A stretch of DNA of 63,999 nt, counting the filler, from Basidiobolus ranarum (taxonomy: Eukaryota): assembly GCA_040143965.1 (NCBI GenBank). It is 7 parts of 7 records of this genome, joined end to end, with 100 filler letters (N's around TTAATTAATTAA, not from the genome) between each part and the next. Parts side by side here need not be neighbours in the genome. Positions count along the whole stretch, not along the records: positions 9,206 to 18,300 come from JASJQH010007748.1; positions 18,401 to 27,490 come from JASJQH010007749.1; 5 more parts are not named here. One strand, 5' to 3'. The notes beneath the pieces are model-generated. The model was not told the DNA's origin. It saw nothing but the letters and a program-made list of their open reading frames with translations, and searched no databases. The position numbers were made by a program, and so were the translations under genes. Position 1 is the first letter of the stretch; every line of letters starts with the position of its first letter. Of the stretch, positions 13,154 to 24,207 are shown piece by piece.

Positions 13154-14385
13154 ATGCAACATAATCCGATCCCACTTAAACCTAAATGGCAGAAGCTATT
13201 ATATGTTAAGCAAGATTATCCAGATAACTATGTTGACAGTTCTTTTCTTGAGGAGATGCAAAAGAATGGTTGCTTTAAAATTACATATTATCCATTATCA
13301 TGACACTTATATTGGTACATTCTAACCGTCATTTCACACAGTTAACGTAAGATCTTATGATTATTGGACCGTGGTTCGTGAATCTACGGTGATAACACAG
13401 CATATTAGTAGTATCGTAGTCTTTGTCGCAGTATTTATTTCGCTATACCATGAAGCACTGTCGGCACAAACATTAATTTGGAGTGGGACTTTGTTTACAG
13501 GAGTTGGGTATATTTTCTGGGACTTTAGCATCAGTAGAACTGATCCACTCTACCAACATAAGAGTAAATATATTTAAAGGTCAGAACTAATTCTAGAAAA
13601 AGAGTTACTAAAGGGATATACATTTTACACAGGAATGCAGACTACGAAAAGTGCAGTTCTTCTGTTCGTTGCATTACTAGGATTCTCTCCAATTTTGAAA
13701 ACATTAACTAGGGATACTAGTAGCGACACGATATGGGCTTTGACAGTCTGCTTGTTCTTAGCAAATATGCTTTTACATGACTACGGATCTGGAAACCGGA
13801 CTAATATTAAGTACGTATTATCTTTTTCATTCGACTATCAGTTAATCATTTGAATGCCATTAAGTTAACTTGGTTTGTTGCGTAGATTTCCTAGTTCATT
13901 ATCAACAAATGCGGCTATCTTCGCATCCGTCTTGCTCGCATCGCGGTTACCTTCTAATATGGATGTTTTTGGATTGATGTCATTTGCTGTAGAATGGTTT
14001 GCCCTGTTCCCAATCTTTAGACGTCATATAAAAGTATGTTGAATTGCGAACCTTCAGTAGCTCATGCGCCCACTAACAATCATCTTTAGAGTCTCTCTAG
14101 TGGCTCTAACATCATTCTGTCGTATTTGCTGTTCTCTACGGCCGCCGGACTGTTTTACTTTATCTCCAAAGCGCTAGCTATATTCTATATCATAGCCATG
14201 GGATTCATCACTTTTGGATGTCCCTTCTGGCTTATTTGGATTCAGAAATATAAAAAGTATGTATTTAACATTGTCATTTGGTCACTTATTTCATTCTAAT
14301 GTTGGGGTGTTTTTATTATTACAACAGTGAGATTCACGGTCCCTGGGATGAAGCTAGACCAAAGCTTCAGCAATCTAGAAGTTGA
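13154..14385 (+). CDS. GPI2: GPI-GlcNAc transferase subunit Gpi2 (PIG-C), about 6 exons
   Basis: [59 protein letters not shown] and C-terminal [11 protein letters not shown]. Confidence 0.96.
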
Positions 14386-14543
14386 AGAAAGGTTCTCCAT
14401 GTATATTTTAGAATCACTTTGGAATTATAATAATAAATATAATGGTTGTTTACTGGTTTGGCTACTTACTATATGTCAAATCCGTAAATTCCATCAAATT
14501 CGAACAAAGTCGATATTATTTTGCTAGTGTGACCAGTGGAAAG

Positions 14544-15992
14544 TTAAGCCAGTTCCATTGGAGCATCAACTGCAGCATCCATTGGAATATCATTAGGAGT
14601 GTCTATCGGGATATCCATTGGAGTGTCGCCTGAAGCATCTGCCGCAACCGGCTCGAGTAAGAGTCCATTGAAAGCAGACTCGATATCGCGGTTATAGGTG
14701 AACTTTACTAAGAAGCCACCAGCTTTAGCAATTTTCTCTTTTTGTGCTGGCTGTACTAGACTGTTAAAAGGGTCAATTAAAATGCGCCGCATAATGTGAA
14801 TGTGAAGTAAATATAGAACGTACGGGTCATAATATTGCTCCTGTAAAGTGAAGTTGGATACATTTGCATACTCCGTGTCGACCGAGTCGAAATCATCTAG
14901 AACTTCATCCAGCTGATCTTCATTGTGAAATAGAAACCAATTCTGTTGATTAGGCATTGCTCGTGAGTTGGAATTGGTGAAGTCTTGTCTGCGCATGGAT
15001 GACTTTTTAAGCGATAAGGCGGCCCTACTAGCAAGAATATCTTGTGCAGATTTATCGGATGAAGCCTACAGAGTTTATGTTAGTATACACTTCCAATTCC
15101 AACAACCTTAATACCATGAAATACCAGTTGATTAAGAACTTCTTCTTTCTCAATCTTTTTCAATTTCTCTTCTTCCGTCATCTCTTGAAGGTACGCTTCC
15201 CTTTGTAGTTGCTTTTCCTTCTTCTCCTGAGTCATCTTATACTGTGCCAATCTTTCCTCGTTTAATTGTCGAGCAGCATTCAAAGAAATGATTTCTTTAT
15301 TTTCATCTGCGAATTTTTGGATTTTCTCTTCGGTGGCCTGAACATCCACTTCATTTATCAGATTGAATGCTTAAAGGAATCGAACCGTTAGGTGGGAATG
15401 TAATGGGGAATACTATTAAATACATTACAGAAAAAAACTCACTAATTTCCTCGAGTTCTTCCAAATAATCATTATATGCTCGTAAAGTTGGAAAATCTTC
15501 TTGACGTTTGTTAAAACTATGAAAAATAGTCAGTTATCATTGATAAATTATTAAATATAAAACCATATACTACTAATTTATTACTTACAATTTCGCAATT
15601 CTTTTACGTACCCTTACCTCTTTTTCAACGTGTAAATCTTCGAAAGTTTGAGAAGCAAAGTTTATCTTTCTCAGTACTTGTTGACAAATTGGACAAGGTG
15701 CTGGACCTTGAGTGAAAAGTCGATCTATACAAGATTCACACCTAATAAAATCAAATAAAACCCACCCATAAGATGTTGAGTTAGATGAGTTGAAAGTGAA
15801 ACTAGTTTGTTTTAACGGTCTTTCTTACATCTTATGGAAACAGGTACTAACAAGTAACTTCATGTTGGGATTTAAGTAACGGTCACTCTTGCATACTGGA
15901 CATACCGCATTCTCTTCTTGAAAGTGATTGGTATCTGTGAAAGGGGTTTTTCCAGGTTTGGCACCATTCCTTCGCATTGTGACGGCTGACAT
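14544..15992 (-). CDS. TFB3: CDK-activating kinase assembly factor MAT1 / TFIIH subunit Tfb3, multi-exon
   Basis: RING CPVCKSDRYLNPNMKLLVSTCFHKMCESCIDRLF..GPAPCPIC, FEDLHVEKEVRVRKRI, FNKRQEDFPTLRAYNDYLEELE and AKAGGF. Confidence 0.96.
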
Positions 15993-16065
15993 TTTACCTT
16001 TGATAACACCTTGGTCCCGTTTCAACTTTCAATACTTGCTCTTACTATCTGTCATCGATGCGGCG

Positions 16066-16073
16066 TCACGTGA
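16066..16073. promoter_or_regulatory. TCACGTGA palindrome (Cbf1/bHLH E-box type) about 75 bp upstream of the TFB3 ATG
   Basis: Exact GTCACGTGAG in a short GC-rich patch of an AT-rich promoter. Function is inferred only. Confidence 0.3.
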
Positions 16074-16648
16074 GTGAATTGAAGCGTTATGGATTACAAA
16101 TATTTGATTGCGCACAGAATGATCACTGATCTATATGACACACAAGACAACACACTATAATTTGAATGTAACATATACACTAGTTACAATTTTAATTCAT
16201 AGTCATGTTTATGATTAGTACGGGGGAGGGGGGAAAAGTAGGAAAAAAGTTCGGAAGCAAAAAAAGCATAGGGAAGCGGGTGGAATAGGAAGATAAAAAA
16301 AAGCTCATTTGCTTAATCGAATGTTAATCACGTAAAAACTAGGCATTGATAAATGAGGCAAGCCCTAAGCATCAAAGAAATATAAATGAACCTAACCCTA
16401 AGCATTGAAGAAATATTTGGAACATAGAATGAACATTAATAGAGACTGGTGCAGTGTGAAAGTATAATAGGTATAGCATCAAATCAAATGGTAATCCAGG
16501 AAAACCTAACGAAAGAAAATATCACGCAAGTCACTCTCACTTCTCGCATAACTTAACAAAAAACACTACAAATTGTTGACAGCATTAGGGTTAGGGCTGT
16601 GAAAGGATGGAAAGTACATAATATGAAATGAAAGTTCAAAAAGAATAT

Positions 16649-18298
16649 CTATGAGTCTTCAATTTCGGTGGAATCGACTTGAGGTGACGTTACAAGCTCA
16701 TTTGAACCTTCAAGTTTTGGTGAGCTTGAGCTACTAGTAGCATTAATCTGCAGTACAACGGGTGACCACGGCTTCAATTTGAAATTGCTATTTTCAATGG
16801 ATTCTAGCACTTCTCTGGCAAGCTGTGAATTTTTGAATATAGCTAGAACAATATTTTCCTTCGAGATGAGCTTTATGGTAGCACTTGGAAGAATTTCACT
16901 CCAATTGGGCTCCCCAATAATATCGTAAATTTCTAGGATATGTGTTGGTTTTTGTGGTTGGTCCGTTGGCTTTACACCTTCGTATGGCTGAATAGTATAG
17001 TCAAATAGCAACTGATTTTCCTTTTTGTTGCGAGTGCCTTGGGAATTTGTACGAGATGAGGAGGCAATTGATATTGACTTCATACCAGCTTCCAACGGAG
17101 CCACATCTAGATTGGCACCTCTGCGAGGTACTCGACTAGGTACATTTCCATATACTTTTGCGGCCATAGGTTTGGTCTGCGAAGTGCTAGAAGAGGATAC
17201 CGGATTGTTTGGGTCAAAAAGCTCCTTGGTCTTGGGTGGGCGACGCTCAACATCATAAGCGGATGATACATGGGGATTTACGAATTGATTCCCTACCATA
17301 GGCCCTCTCATATTCATCCTAGACATATGTAAAAATTCAGGTGATTTCTGCCTTTGGAATGCCATCTGTGCTCCAAGGGCAGGATTGTTCTGCTGGAGTG
17401 GGTTTCCGGTTAGTTGAGGATGCATTGGGTACTCCGAGTTATGACCTTGAGAGGGTCCATAACCCATTACGTCCGGGCCTACCCAATTGTGATTGAATGG
17501 GAGTCCGGGAACACCAGGTTGCCCCGCTAAAGTTTGAGTGTTTGGATCCACTTTATCGGAGTTCTCTGCAGATGTCGAGCCCATCATACCAGCATCAAGG
17601 GCATTGTTTGGTAGAAATCCACTTGGCTGGTAATCCTGACGACCTTGAATTGGTGCTTCTTTACCGTTGTACTCATTCCATTTGTTTCCCCAGAGTTGGT
17701 GGTGAGAGTTATCTCTGGGTTTGTCAGAATACATCGAACCATGAGGTGCAAACTCTTTGTACCCGGGACCTGAACGACTCGAGTGTTGATACGTATTGGC
17801 TTGTCTACCTTGGACAGAAAAAGAAGGATCATCTCTGGCTAAATTAGGGTTGGAGTTCGGGAGATTTGGATATTGTGGACCTTGATTGTAAAAGAATCCA
17901 TTTTGCGCCTCTTCTTGAGTATTCCAAAGACCAGGGAGGTTTTGGTAAGAGCCCATATTAGGATTCCAATCTCTGGAAGGAGCGTTATAATTCATATTGG
18001 AAATGTTGCCACCAACTCTGTCATTAATACGTCCTTGAGATGAGACAGGAGTAAGTTCGTAAGGATTCATGAAACCAGGATTAGCTGGGTATACATGTCC
18101 GTTGGAAGGAAAGGGGTTATTTCCGGAAGGAGCGTTGTTATAAGGGAAAGATGGGTTTCGTGTCCATTCGTTGTTGTAGTTGTTCACTGGAGCAGAAGGG
18201 TTGAATGTATTACGTGTGTATCGTGTATTTTGGTTCCCGGGTCTGGGTGAATTCGATTTCGTACCCATATTATTCCCACGAATTGAATTATTCTTCAC
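16649..18298 (-). CDS. 3' part of an N/Q/P-rich low-complexity protein with a C-terminal RRM-like domain (R3H/SUZ-family or R3HCC1-like); 5' truncated by the contig end
   Basis: 549-codon open frame with prion-like N/G/P/Y composition. Motifs KELFDPNNP and LLFDY, then HILEIYD...LAIFKNSQLAREVL...FKLKPWSP. Confidence 0.6.
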   Translation of the reverse strand: MKNNSIRGNNMGTKSNSPRPGNQNTRYTRNTFNPSAPVNNYNNEWTRNPSFPYNNAPSGNNPFPSNGHVYPANPGFMNPYELTPVSSQGRINDRVGGNISNMNYNAPSRDWNPNMGSYQNLPGLWNTQEEAQNGFFYNQGPQYPNLPNSNPNLARDDPSFSVQGRQANTYQHSSRSGPGYKEFAPHGSMYSDKPRDNSHHQLWGNKWNEYNGKEAPIQGRQDYQPSGFLPNNALDAGMMGSTSAENSDKVDPNTQTLAGQPGVPGLPFNHNWVGPDVMGYGPSQGHNSEYPMHPQLTGNPLQQNNPALGAQMAFQRQKSPEFLHMSRMNMRGPMVGNQFVNPHVSSAYDVERRPPKTKELFDPNNPVSSSSTSQTKPMAAKVYGNVPSRVPRRGANLDVAPLEAGMKSISIASSSRTNSQGTRNKKENQLLFDYTIQPYEGVKPTDQPQKPTHILEIYDIIGEPNWSEILPSATIKLISKENIVLAIFKNSQLAREVLESIENSNFKLKPWSPVVLQINATSSSSSPKLEGSNELVTSPQVDSTEIEDS

Positions 18299-18451
18299 TC
18301 NNNNNNNNNNNNNNNNNNNNNNNNNNNNNNNNNNNNNNNNNNNNTTAATTAATTAANNNNNNNNNNNNNNNNNNNNNNNNNNNNNNNNNNNNNNNNNNNN
18401 CAAGAGTTACTCGATATCAAGGCATTAATCAATGATTTGGTTGGAAATTAG

Positions 18452-19132
18452 GATGCCAAGCTTCAGTATAGCTGTTCTCTATGTCGATGAAGATATCAGC
18501 ATAGCTAGACAGTTAAAGCGGGGAAAGCAGATTCGAGAGCATAACGAATTGGTAATTACCATGGATTATCCGATTCATCCATTCCAACATCAATAACCTT
18601 ATAATCTCTCCTACAGGTAAGAAAGACTGGAAAGGGACAATTGCTAGAAGAACGTGCTACGGACTTTGATGAAGAGGTAAACTAGCCATCTTAATCAGCA
18701 CCTGTTTTCCAAGCTAACCTGTTGAAACGCTTTAGATCGTTCGTAAACGCTACCAGGTGTTCACTCAGCATTATAGTGCCTTAATGGAACTTGGTAGGTG
18801 ATGAGATGACCACGTTGAGATTAGAATGAGTCATTGATATGTTTTGTCTAATAGGAAAATACTTCCCGTTCCACTTGGTAAACGCGTCATCGACGTTAGA
18901 GGATGTTGCTCGTCAGTTCAATGCTTTCTTAGGTAAGTTTGAGTTCACTAGGAAGCATCAGTAGCCTATACAACCCTATGCTTACTCACTACTAAACCCC
19001 CTTGTAGATCCAAGCAGTATTCCCGATGCAAGCACTAACGTAACCAACACTATCAAATCACCTCTAAATGAGCATCCAGGAGCCCAATCCAAGGCTCAGT
19101 ATAACTTGCAACCTCACCAATCACGCCATTAA
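18452..19132 (+). CDS. 3' exons of an atypical adenylate/nucleoside-monophosphate kinase; 5' truncated
   Basis: Five spliced exons read PSFSIAVLYVDEDISIARQLKRGKQIREHNEL/VRKTGKGQLLEERATDFDEE/IVRKRYQVFTQHYSALMELG/KYFPFHLVNASSTLEDVARQF. This matches the C-terminal half of an ADK subfamily I recall from Verrucomicrobia and some protists. The P-loop is not in the window. Confidence 0.7.
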
Positions 19133-19374
19133 CCTTAGTTGCCAAGTAACCATTCACTTTACCTAATAGTCCCCCAAGTTAAGACAATGGTACCATATCA
19201 CTCATTCAACTGTCCCAAATAAATATAGAATTATATTATACATCTTACGTTATATGCACATATGGGGGTGGGGAATGAGGATGAGGGTACATGATCCTGA
19301 TTAAATGCTTATCAAAGTGACTGGGCATCGATGAAACAATAGCATACATGTGAGAGGGGACGGGGCATTCAACC

Positions 19375-20669
19375 TCAATAGATCTCGCTAAACACAAGTT
19401 TCCTGCAATCATAAAAGAACAGCGTCCCTTTTCGGAAAGGCTCTTTCCACGCAACACCAGCATACTGAATGGCCATGAAATTGTACCACCAAAACAAAGT
19501 GAATGCCGCGCCAATACTCACCATCGAAGGAACAACGAATCCAGGGAATCGCGAGATATCCGTCTCCAAATCGAACGAAATCAATCCTTTGATTAACAAA
19601 TGATTTCTGGATTCCAAATAGAATGGCCGTATACATTCCCATATTAATATTACAAAGAGCGACGACGTTCCGTTGAAGCCTCGATATTTGAGTAGTTGCT
19701 TGGGTTTTAGGCCTCCATCATGCTCCCAAAATATGATCGACATCAGATTTCGCTGTAATACTAGAAAAACTAACCAATGTACGATTGGCATCCAAATGGT
19801 TGTCCAATCTCCATATTTAGAAAATCCAAGCAGTGATAATTTCTCCGCATTATCCGTTAATCCATAGGTCTCAATAATAGCACTGGGTTTACGATTTGAA
19901 GGGATTATCCAAATACACAACCACAGAGAGCCATTTACAAAATGGGTTCCGTTAAGAATCACAAAGCGTAATAGTTTGGGAGATATCAAGGAGCCAATCA
20001 AGAAGAGCAGATGATATAGTGTAGTAAGAAGAAAGACGAAATGTACAAAGGACTGTATATAGAGTGAAGAATTACAAGAACGTAGCAGAATGTATAGACC
20101 GTTGTATACAAAATACATTTGGAAGCTTAGGCTCAAAAATCCTTGACTAAGGCGGCTGTAAAGTGAAGGGAATTTAGCTCGGGTTGGAATCTAACAAGTT
20201 TGTAAAACATTCGGTTATCCGATATACGAGGGGGTATCACTTACGTTGGTCTAGCTTTGCGATAAGTTTTTTTGTCTTTGGAGGTATTTTTTCGCTTAAA
20301 GCTCGGCTTTTGGTTACTCTGACTCTCTTTTTGGGAATTTGCTTGTGTAGTACTTTCCCAACATCTTTTTTGCTTTTCGCGGGTTTTTGGTTGCTGATTA
20401 TGTGCATCTGTAAAAGAAAACAGTGTGTTAGTTCGTCTGTGGTTTTCTCGATAAATAATTCAAATGAACTTCGGAAGCAAAAACTCTATAATACCTTGAA
20501 AATATTTAGGGGGCTTTCGGTCAAAAGTTGGACAGCTTTTTGGTCTCTCTTTAAATGAATTGACCCTCTGCCCGTGTGGTGTTTTATGTAAAAAATTATG
20601 ATTATTGGGGAACGTTGGTATGGGTTCCTCCAGGTTTACTTGGCTCTTTCGAGCTCCAAAGCTATGCAT
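19375..20669 (-). CDS. Uncharacterised multi-pass membrane protein with a basic soluble N-terminus, about 3 exons
   Basis: 253-codon hydrophobic terminal exon with several TM-like segments. Upstream Lys-rich exons are joined by GT-AG introns. No family recognised. Confidence 0.6.
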
Positions 20670-21103
20670 GTTAATGAAAGAAGTAAAGGAATACAAGCAA
20701 TATAAATGGATTTGCTACGAAGAAATAAACTGAGGTATTGATTGTTGATAGAAATTTGACAATACAGAAACCGGATTGCTTTAATAAATTAGAAACAGGT
20801 TTTAGATTAAGATAAGCTGCAATCACTGTCAAACTAAGTCATATCTAATAATATGAAGAACATGCTTGCAAATTCCAAGGTTTGCACAATGATGATTGCG
20901 ATAAAGTGATATATAAATTACATAAGCAGGAATTGCTGCATACTTGGGATACGAATGGTTTATTTACGATCGTTTCCATTCCATTCGTCCAGTTCACGAA
21001 CAACCTCAAGAACTCAAGCGCATACCAAGTCAATATATATATAGCACGAGTTGCGATGCTAAATCTACTGGTCATATTTTTAAATATCGATGAGAGCCAA
21101 GAA

Positions 21104-22358
21104 CTACTTTTTGTTGACGTGATCTAAAGCTTGAGCTGCTTCACGTTGACATTCTTTGTACCCAATTTTACGAGCGTGATTCAATGACTGCGTGTAATAT
21201 CTAACGGCGCTTTCAGTCTCATTTTCCATCTAGAAATTGAAAATTCAATTCAACACAGGCCTTAGAAGAAGATTATGAATAAGTAAGAAATGAATTTACC
21301 TCGTGAATCACTCCCATATTGTACAGTAGTACACCACAGCTTTGATCACATTCAGGTGAGTTTTTTCCTTGGCGCGCAACAGTTAGCCCCTTTTTTGCCC
21401 AAATTTTAGCCTCCTTGTGTTGACCTAAACCGGCAAACGCTTCTGATATGTTGCACATAATGACCGACGCGTGACAATCGGATTCTTTCAAGGTGGATAA
21501 AGCTCGAATGTAAAGAGGAATGGCGTATTTGTATTTTTGATCCAAGGCATAGAAAGCTGCTAAAGATTCCAGTGAAGCACCTATATCGGTAAGAGCGATC
21601 CATTCAGGTAATTCAAAATGCTGTCCAGAGCCTTGACTAATGGGAGTACTTTTAACTATCTGATGCGAAAGTAAACATTCCACTGCCCAAACGTAGCATT
21701 TTTCAGCCTGCGCCTTATCACCAATTTTCTCATAGAGTTCACCCAATTTTTGGGCAATACCTACTGCTCGTATTAATTTCTCACCCACAACGTGAGTTAC
21801 TTCTTTGGGTGCTTCTAGCTCTTCTTCAAAGTTACTAAGTTTTTCAATTGAACTCTCTTTATCGCTATCGGGGATTAGAATATCGAAAGCTTTCTTATAA
21901 ACTTGTATCGCTTTGACCCAGTTTTTCTGGTCTTCGTAAAATGAAGCGTACTGTATAATGAGTCCAGTTACTTCAGGAGAAGTGACTTCTAATTGAGAAC
22001 TATTCAAGGCCAAATCAACAGCTACTTCATAATAAGGTAGAGCCTTCTCAGGGTCCTCCTTATACTTGTGAAATAAAAGCGCTTTCCTTAGTGGGGTACG
22101 AATCTCTGAAGGATATCTACGTACACCGCGATATTTATACTCATAGTATGCACTCCCAAGTAAACCGACTGAGCATAGGCCAATAAAAGTATTTCTCAAA
22201 AGGGCTGAATCATTCTTTGCTTCTTCCTTAAGAAGGTTGGGATATATGTGCAATTGTCGAAACTTACTCCCCAGTAAACCACGTCCATTACCACAACTTC
22301 TCCACGCACTACAACGAATACCTTGGGTATTTCTAAGAATAACTCGACCAAAATTCAT
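21104..22358 (-). CDS. Mitochondrial inner-membrane TPR protein (Mgr3/TTC19-like), 2 exons
   Basis: Presequence, one TM segment (FIGLCSVGLLGSAYY), YPSEIRTPLRKAL...PEKALPYYEVA...SPEVTGL and TPR-like repeats (LESLAAFYALDQKYKYAIPLYIRAL). The last exon ends ...ALDHVNKK*. Confidence 0.7.
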
Positions 22359-22729
22359 TAGATAAAATGGGGAATTATTTCAAGTAAAATTCATCATTAA
22401 TGGTATTTGTTTGATCAGCGCCCTCATTCTCCCCCAGTAATAATAGGTAACCCCTTCAATCGAGGTCATCATTCTAGTTTGCTTGTCCCAGAGATTACTT
22501 TTGAAATGGTCAGATTGTGATCGAAGATGGGATAAATTAGGATCTACCAAGGTTTGAAAAGGTAGGTAAATTCATTTATTAAGGCAACGAATTTCGATCA
22601 AAATTATAACTCTTACTAGAGAAGTGTCATTGAGTGGTTGTATGAATTCAAAAATGAACTAGTAATGTTGAAGATAAAGGTAGAAGCAAAGCAAAAGGCA
22701 AGGCAGGGCAGGGCAGAGTTCAGAGCAAA

Positions 22730-23239
22730 TTATTTTCCAAGCACATCGTTTCTGGTGGACTCTGCTGAGGATAGTATCAACTTAATTACTGGATCACTTA
22801 GTTTGATGTCCTTCATAGCCTTCGTCAGGTTCTTTAAGATGCAGTCGAAATGCTTATCCTTGAGATCCAAAAGACGCTTGTGTGCAGCACGCATACTACG
22901 ACCATTGTACGGCTTACCACCGAGTATGTGCAACAAATACTTGGTCATCATCCACTTTAGATGTTCCATATTAACTCCCTTGAAAAATTGCTTGATATGG
23001 CGATCGCGGAGGTTGTATTTGTAGAATCTGTCTACCAATACCTCTATCATCCTTTCACTAAATAGATCTAGTAGTGTTGGGACACTAGAACAATTGGGGC
23101 CTAATTCCTCCACATGCTGATACTCAATACCGCTGGAGAGTCCTAGACTTGCTCCAAATGGACACCCAGTGAATGCTGAAGATACGTAGTGGTTATTAGG
23201 AGGCATGTTGACTTGAGAGAGGAGAAATGTTAAGGTCAT
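22730..23239 (-). CDS. Group I truncated (2/2) haemoglobin, TrHb1/GlbN-like, intronless (alternative start 23206)
   Basis: VDRFY (Phe B9-Tyr B10), IKQFF (CD1), LGGKPYNGRSMRAAH (EF Gly-Gly and proximal His F8), HFD and AESTRNDVLGK terminus. Confidence 0.93.
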   Translation of the reverse strand: MTLTFLLSQVNMPPNNHYVSSAFTGCPFGASLGLSSGIEYQHVEELGPNCSSVPTLLDLFSERMIEVLVDRFYKYNLRDRHIKQFFKGVNMEHLKWMMTKYLLHILGGKPYNGRSMRAAHKRLLDLKDKHFDCILKNLTKAMKDIKLSDPVIKLILSSAESTRNDVLGK

Positions 23240-24185
23240 CGGAGACTTTCGATATCTTTATGTAGTCGAGCAATTGCCCCTGAACACTGTATAACAAATA
23301 ATTGACAGATCGTACCAAGTGACAGTTAATTTATCTGGATGCTAAGTAACGGCTAATTTATTTCAGTCATCTCCTTCTTTCTTTGACCCCTAGTGCCTTA
23401 GAAGAATGCAGCTATTGATGCTTACTAAAAATGTAGCTATCCAAATTATCTGGCAAGTTGGCAGTTTCGGACTTTCGATCGTTAATTAATCTATGGCTTA
23501 ATAAGATCGATTGCTGATACTTTTCATGTAGATATGGGGAAATTTCGTGTCAAAAAGAATGCGAATCTAGCCTTGACAACAAAGTTTTACCTGTTGATTC
23601 ATGCACTGTATTTCAAGTCTTATTTCGTGATATATTTACTGTGGAAAAGCTAGGAGCGATGTTTGAAATAAATGGAACAAATGTGAAATGAGTGAAGATA
23701 ACTCAAGAAATGATTCGCCCTCTTCACTTTCCTGGCTTCCTAACGTTCCCTATCACCACTAACCATTGCTACCAGCCATCACCATTGCCTTAATCCAAGA
23801 CCATACATATGATTATTGTAATCGATGGAAGCTGAGTGCTTTTCTGAGTACTTTGCATAATCTATTGATCTGATGCGGAGTGACCTAAGATGTACATTAA
23901 TTAATCTCGCTATCATTGTTTCATTTCATTGTAGCACTCTCTATTATCTTTAAGCATTGCAGCCGAAGTTCGAATTGGCGTTCTGACTGCTGACCACTGA
24001 CCAGGAAGGCCACTTGCTGTAAACTCATTTGGTGCTCTGACTGAAAAAAGATTATTGGCTAATGTGGTTATGGGGTAAATCAAAAACTTCTCTAACTCTT
24101 CCTTGTATGAATTCTTAATCATGCCACATCCATCCTTCCACAATACTCCTTTTAACAAGATACTTGTCCTAATCTTAAACCTGTT

Positions 24186-24207
24186 CCTAACCCTAACCCT
24201 AACCCTA
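24186..24207 (+). repeat. Interstitial telomere-type repeat (CCCTAA) x ~3.7
   Basis: CCTAACCCTAACCCTAACCCTA read directly in the trHb-medA intergenic region. Confidence 0.8.

Noticed and set aside
16339-16600. CTAACCCTAA as a possible telomerase RNA template, within a ~33-bp degenerate duplication
   Set aside because: Similar doublets occur several times in the window and no pseudoknot or CR4/5-like element could be identified. The region is probably a 3' UTR.
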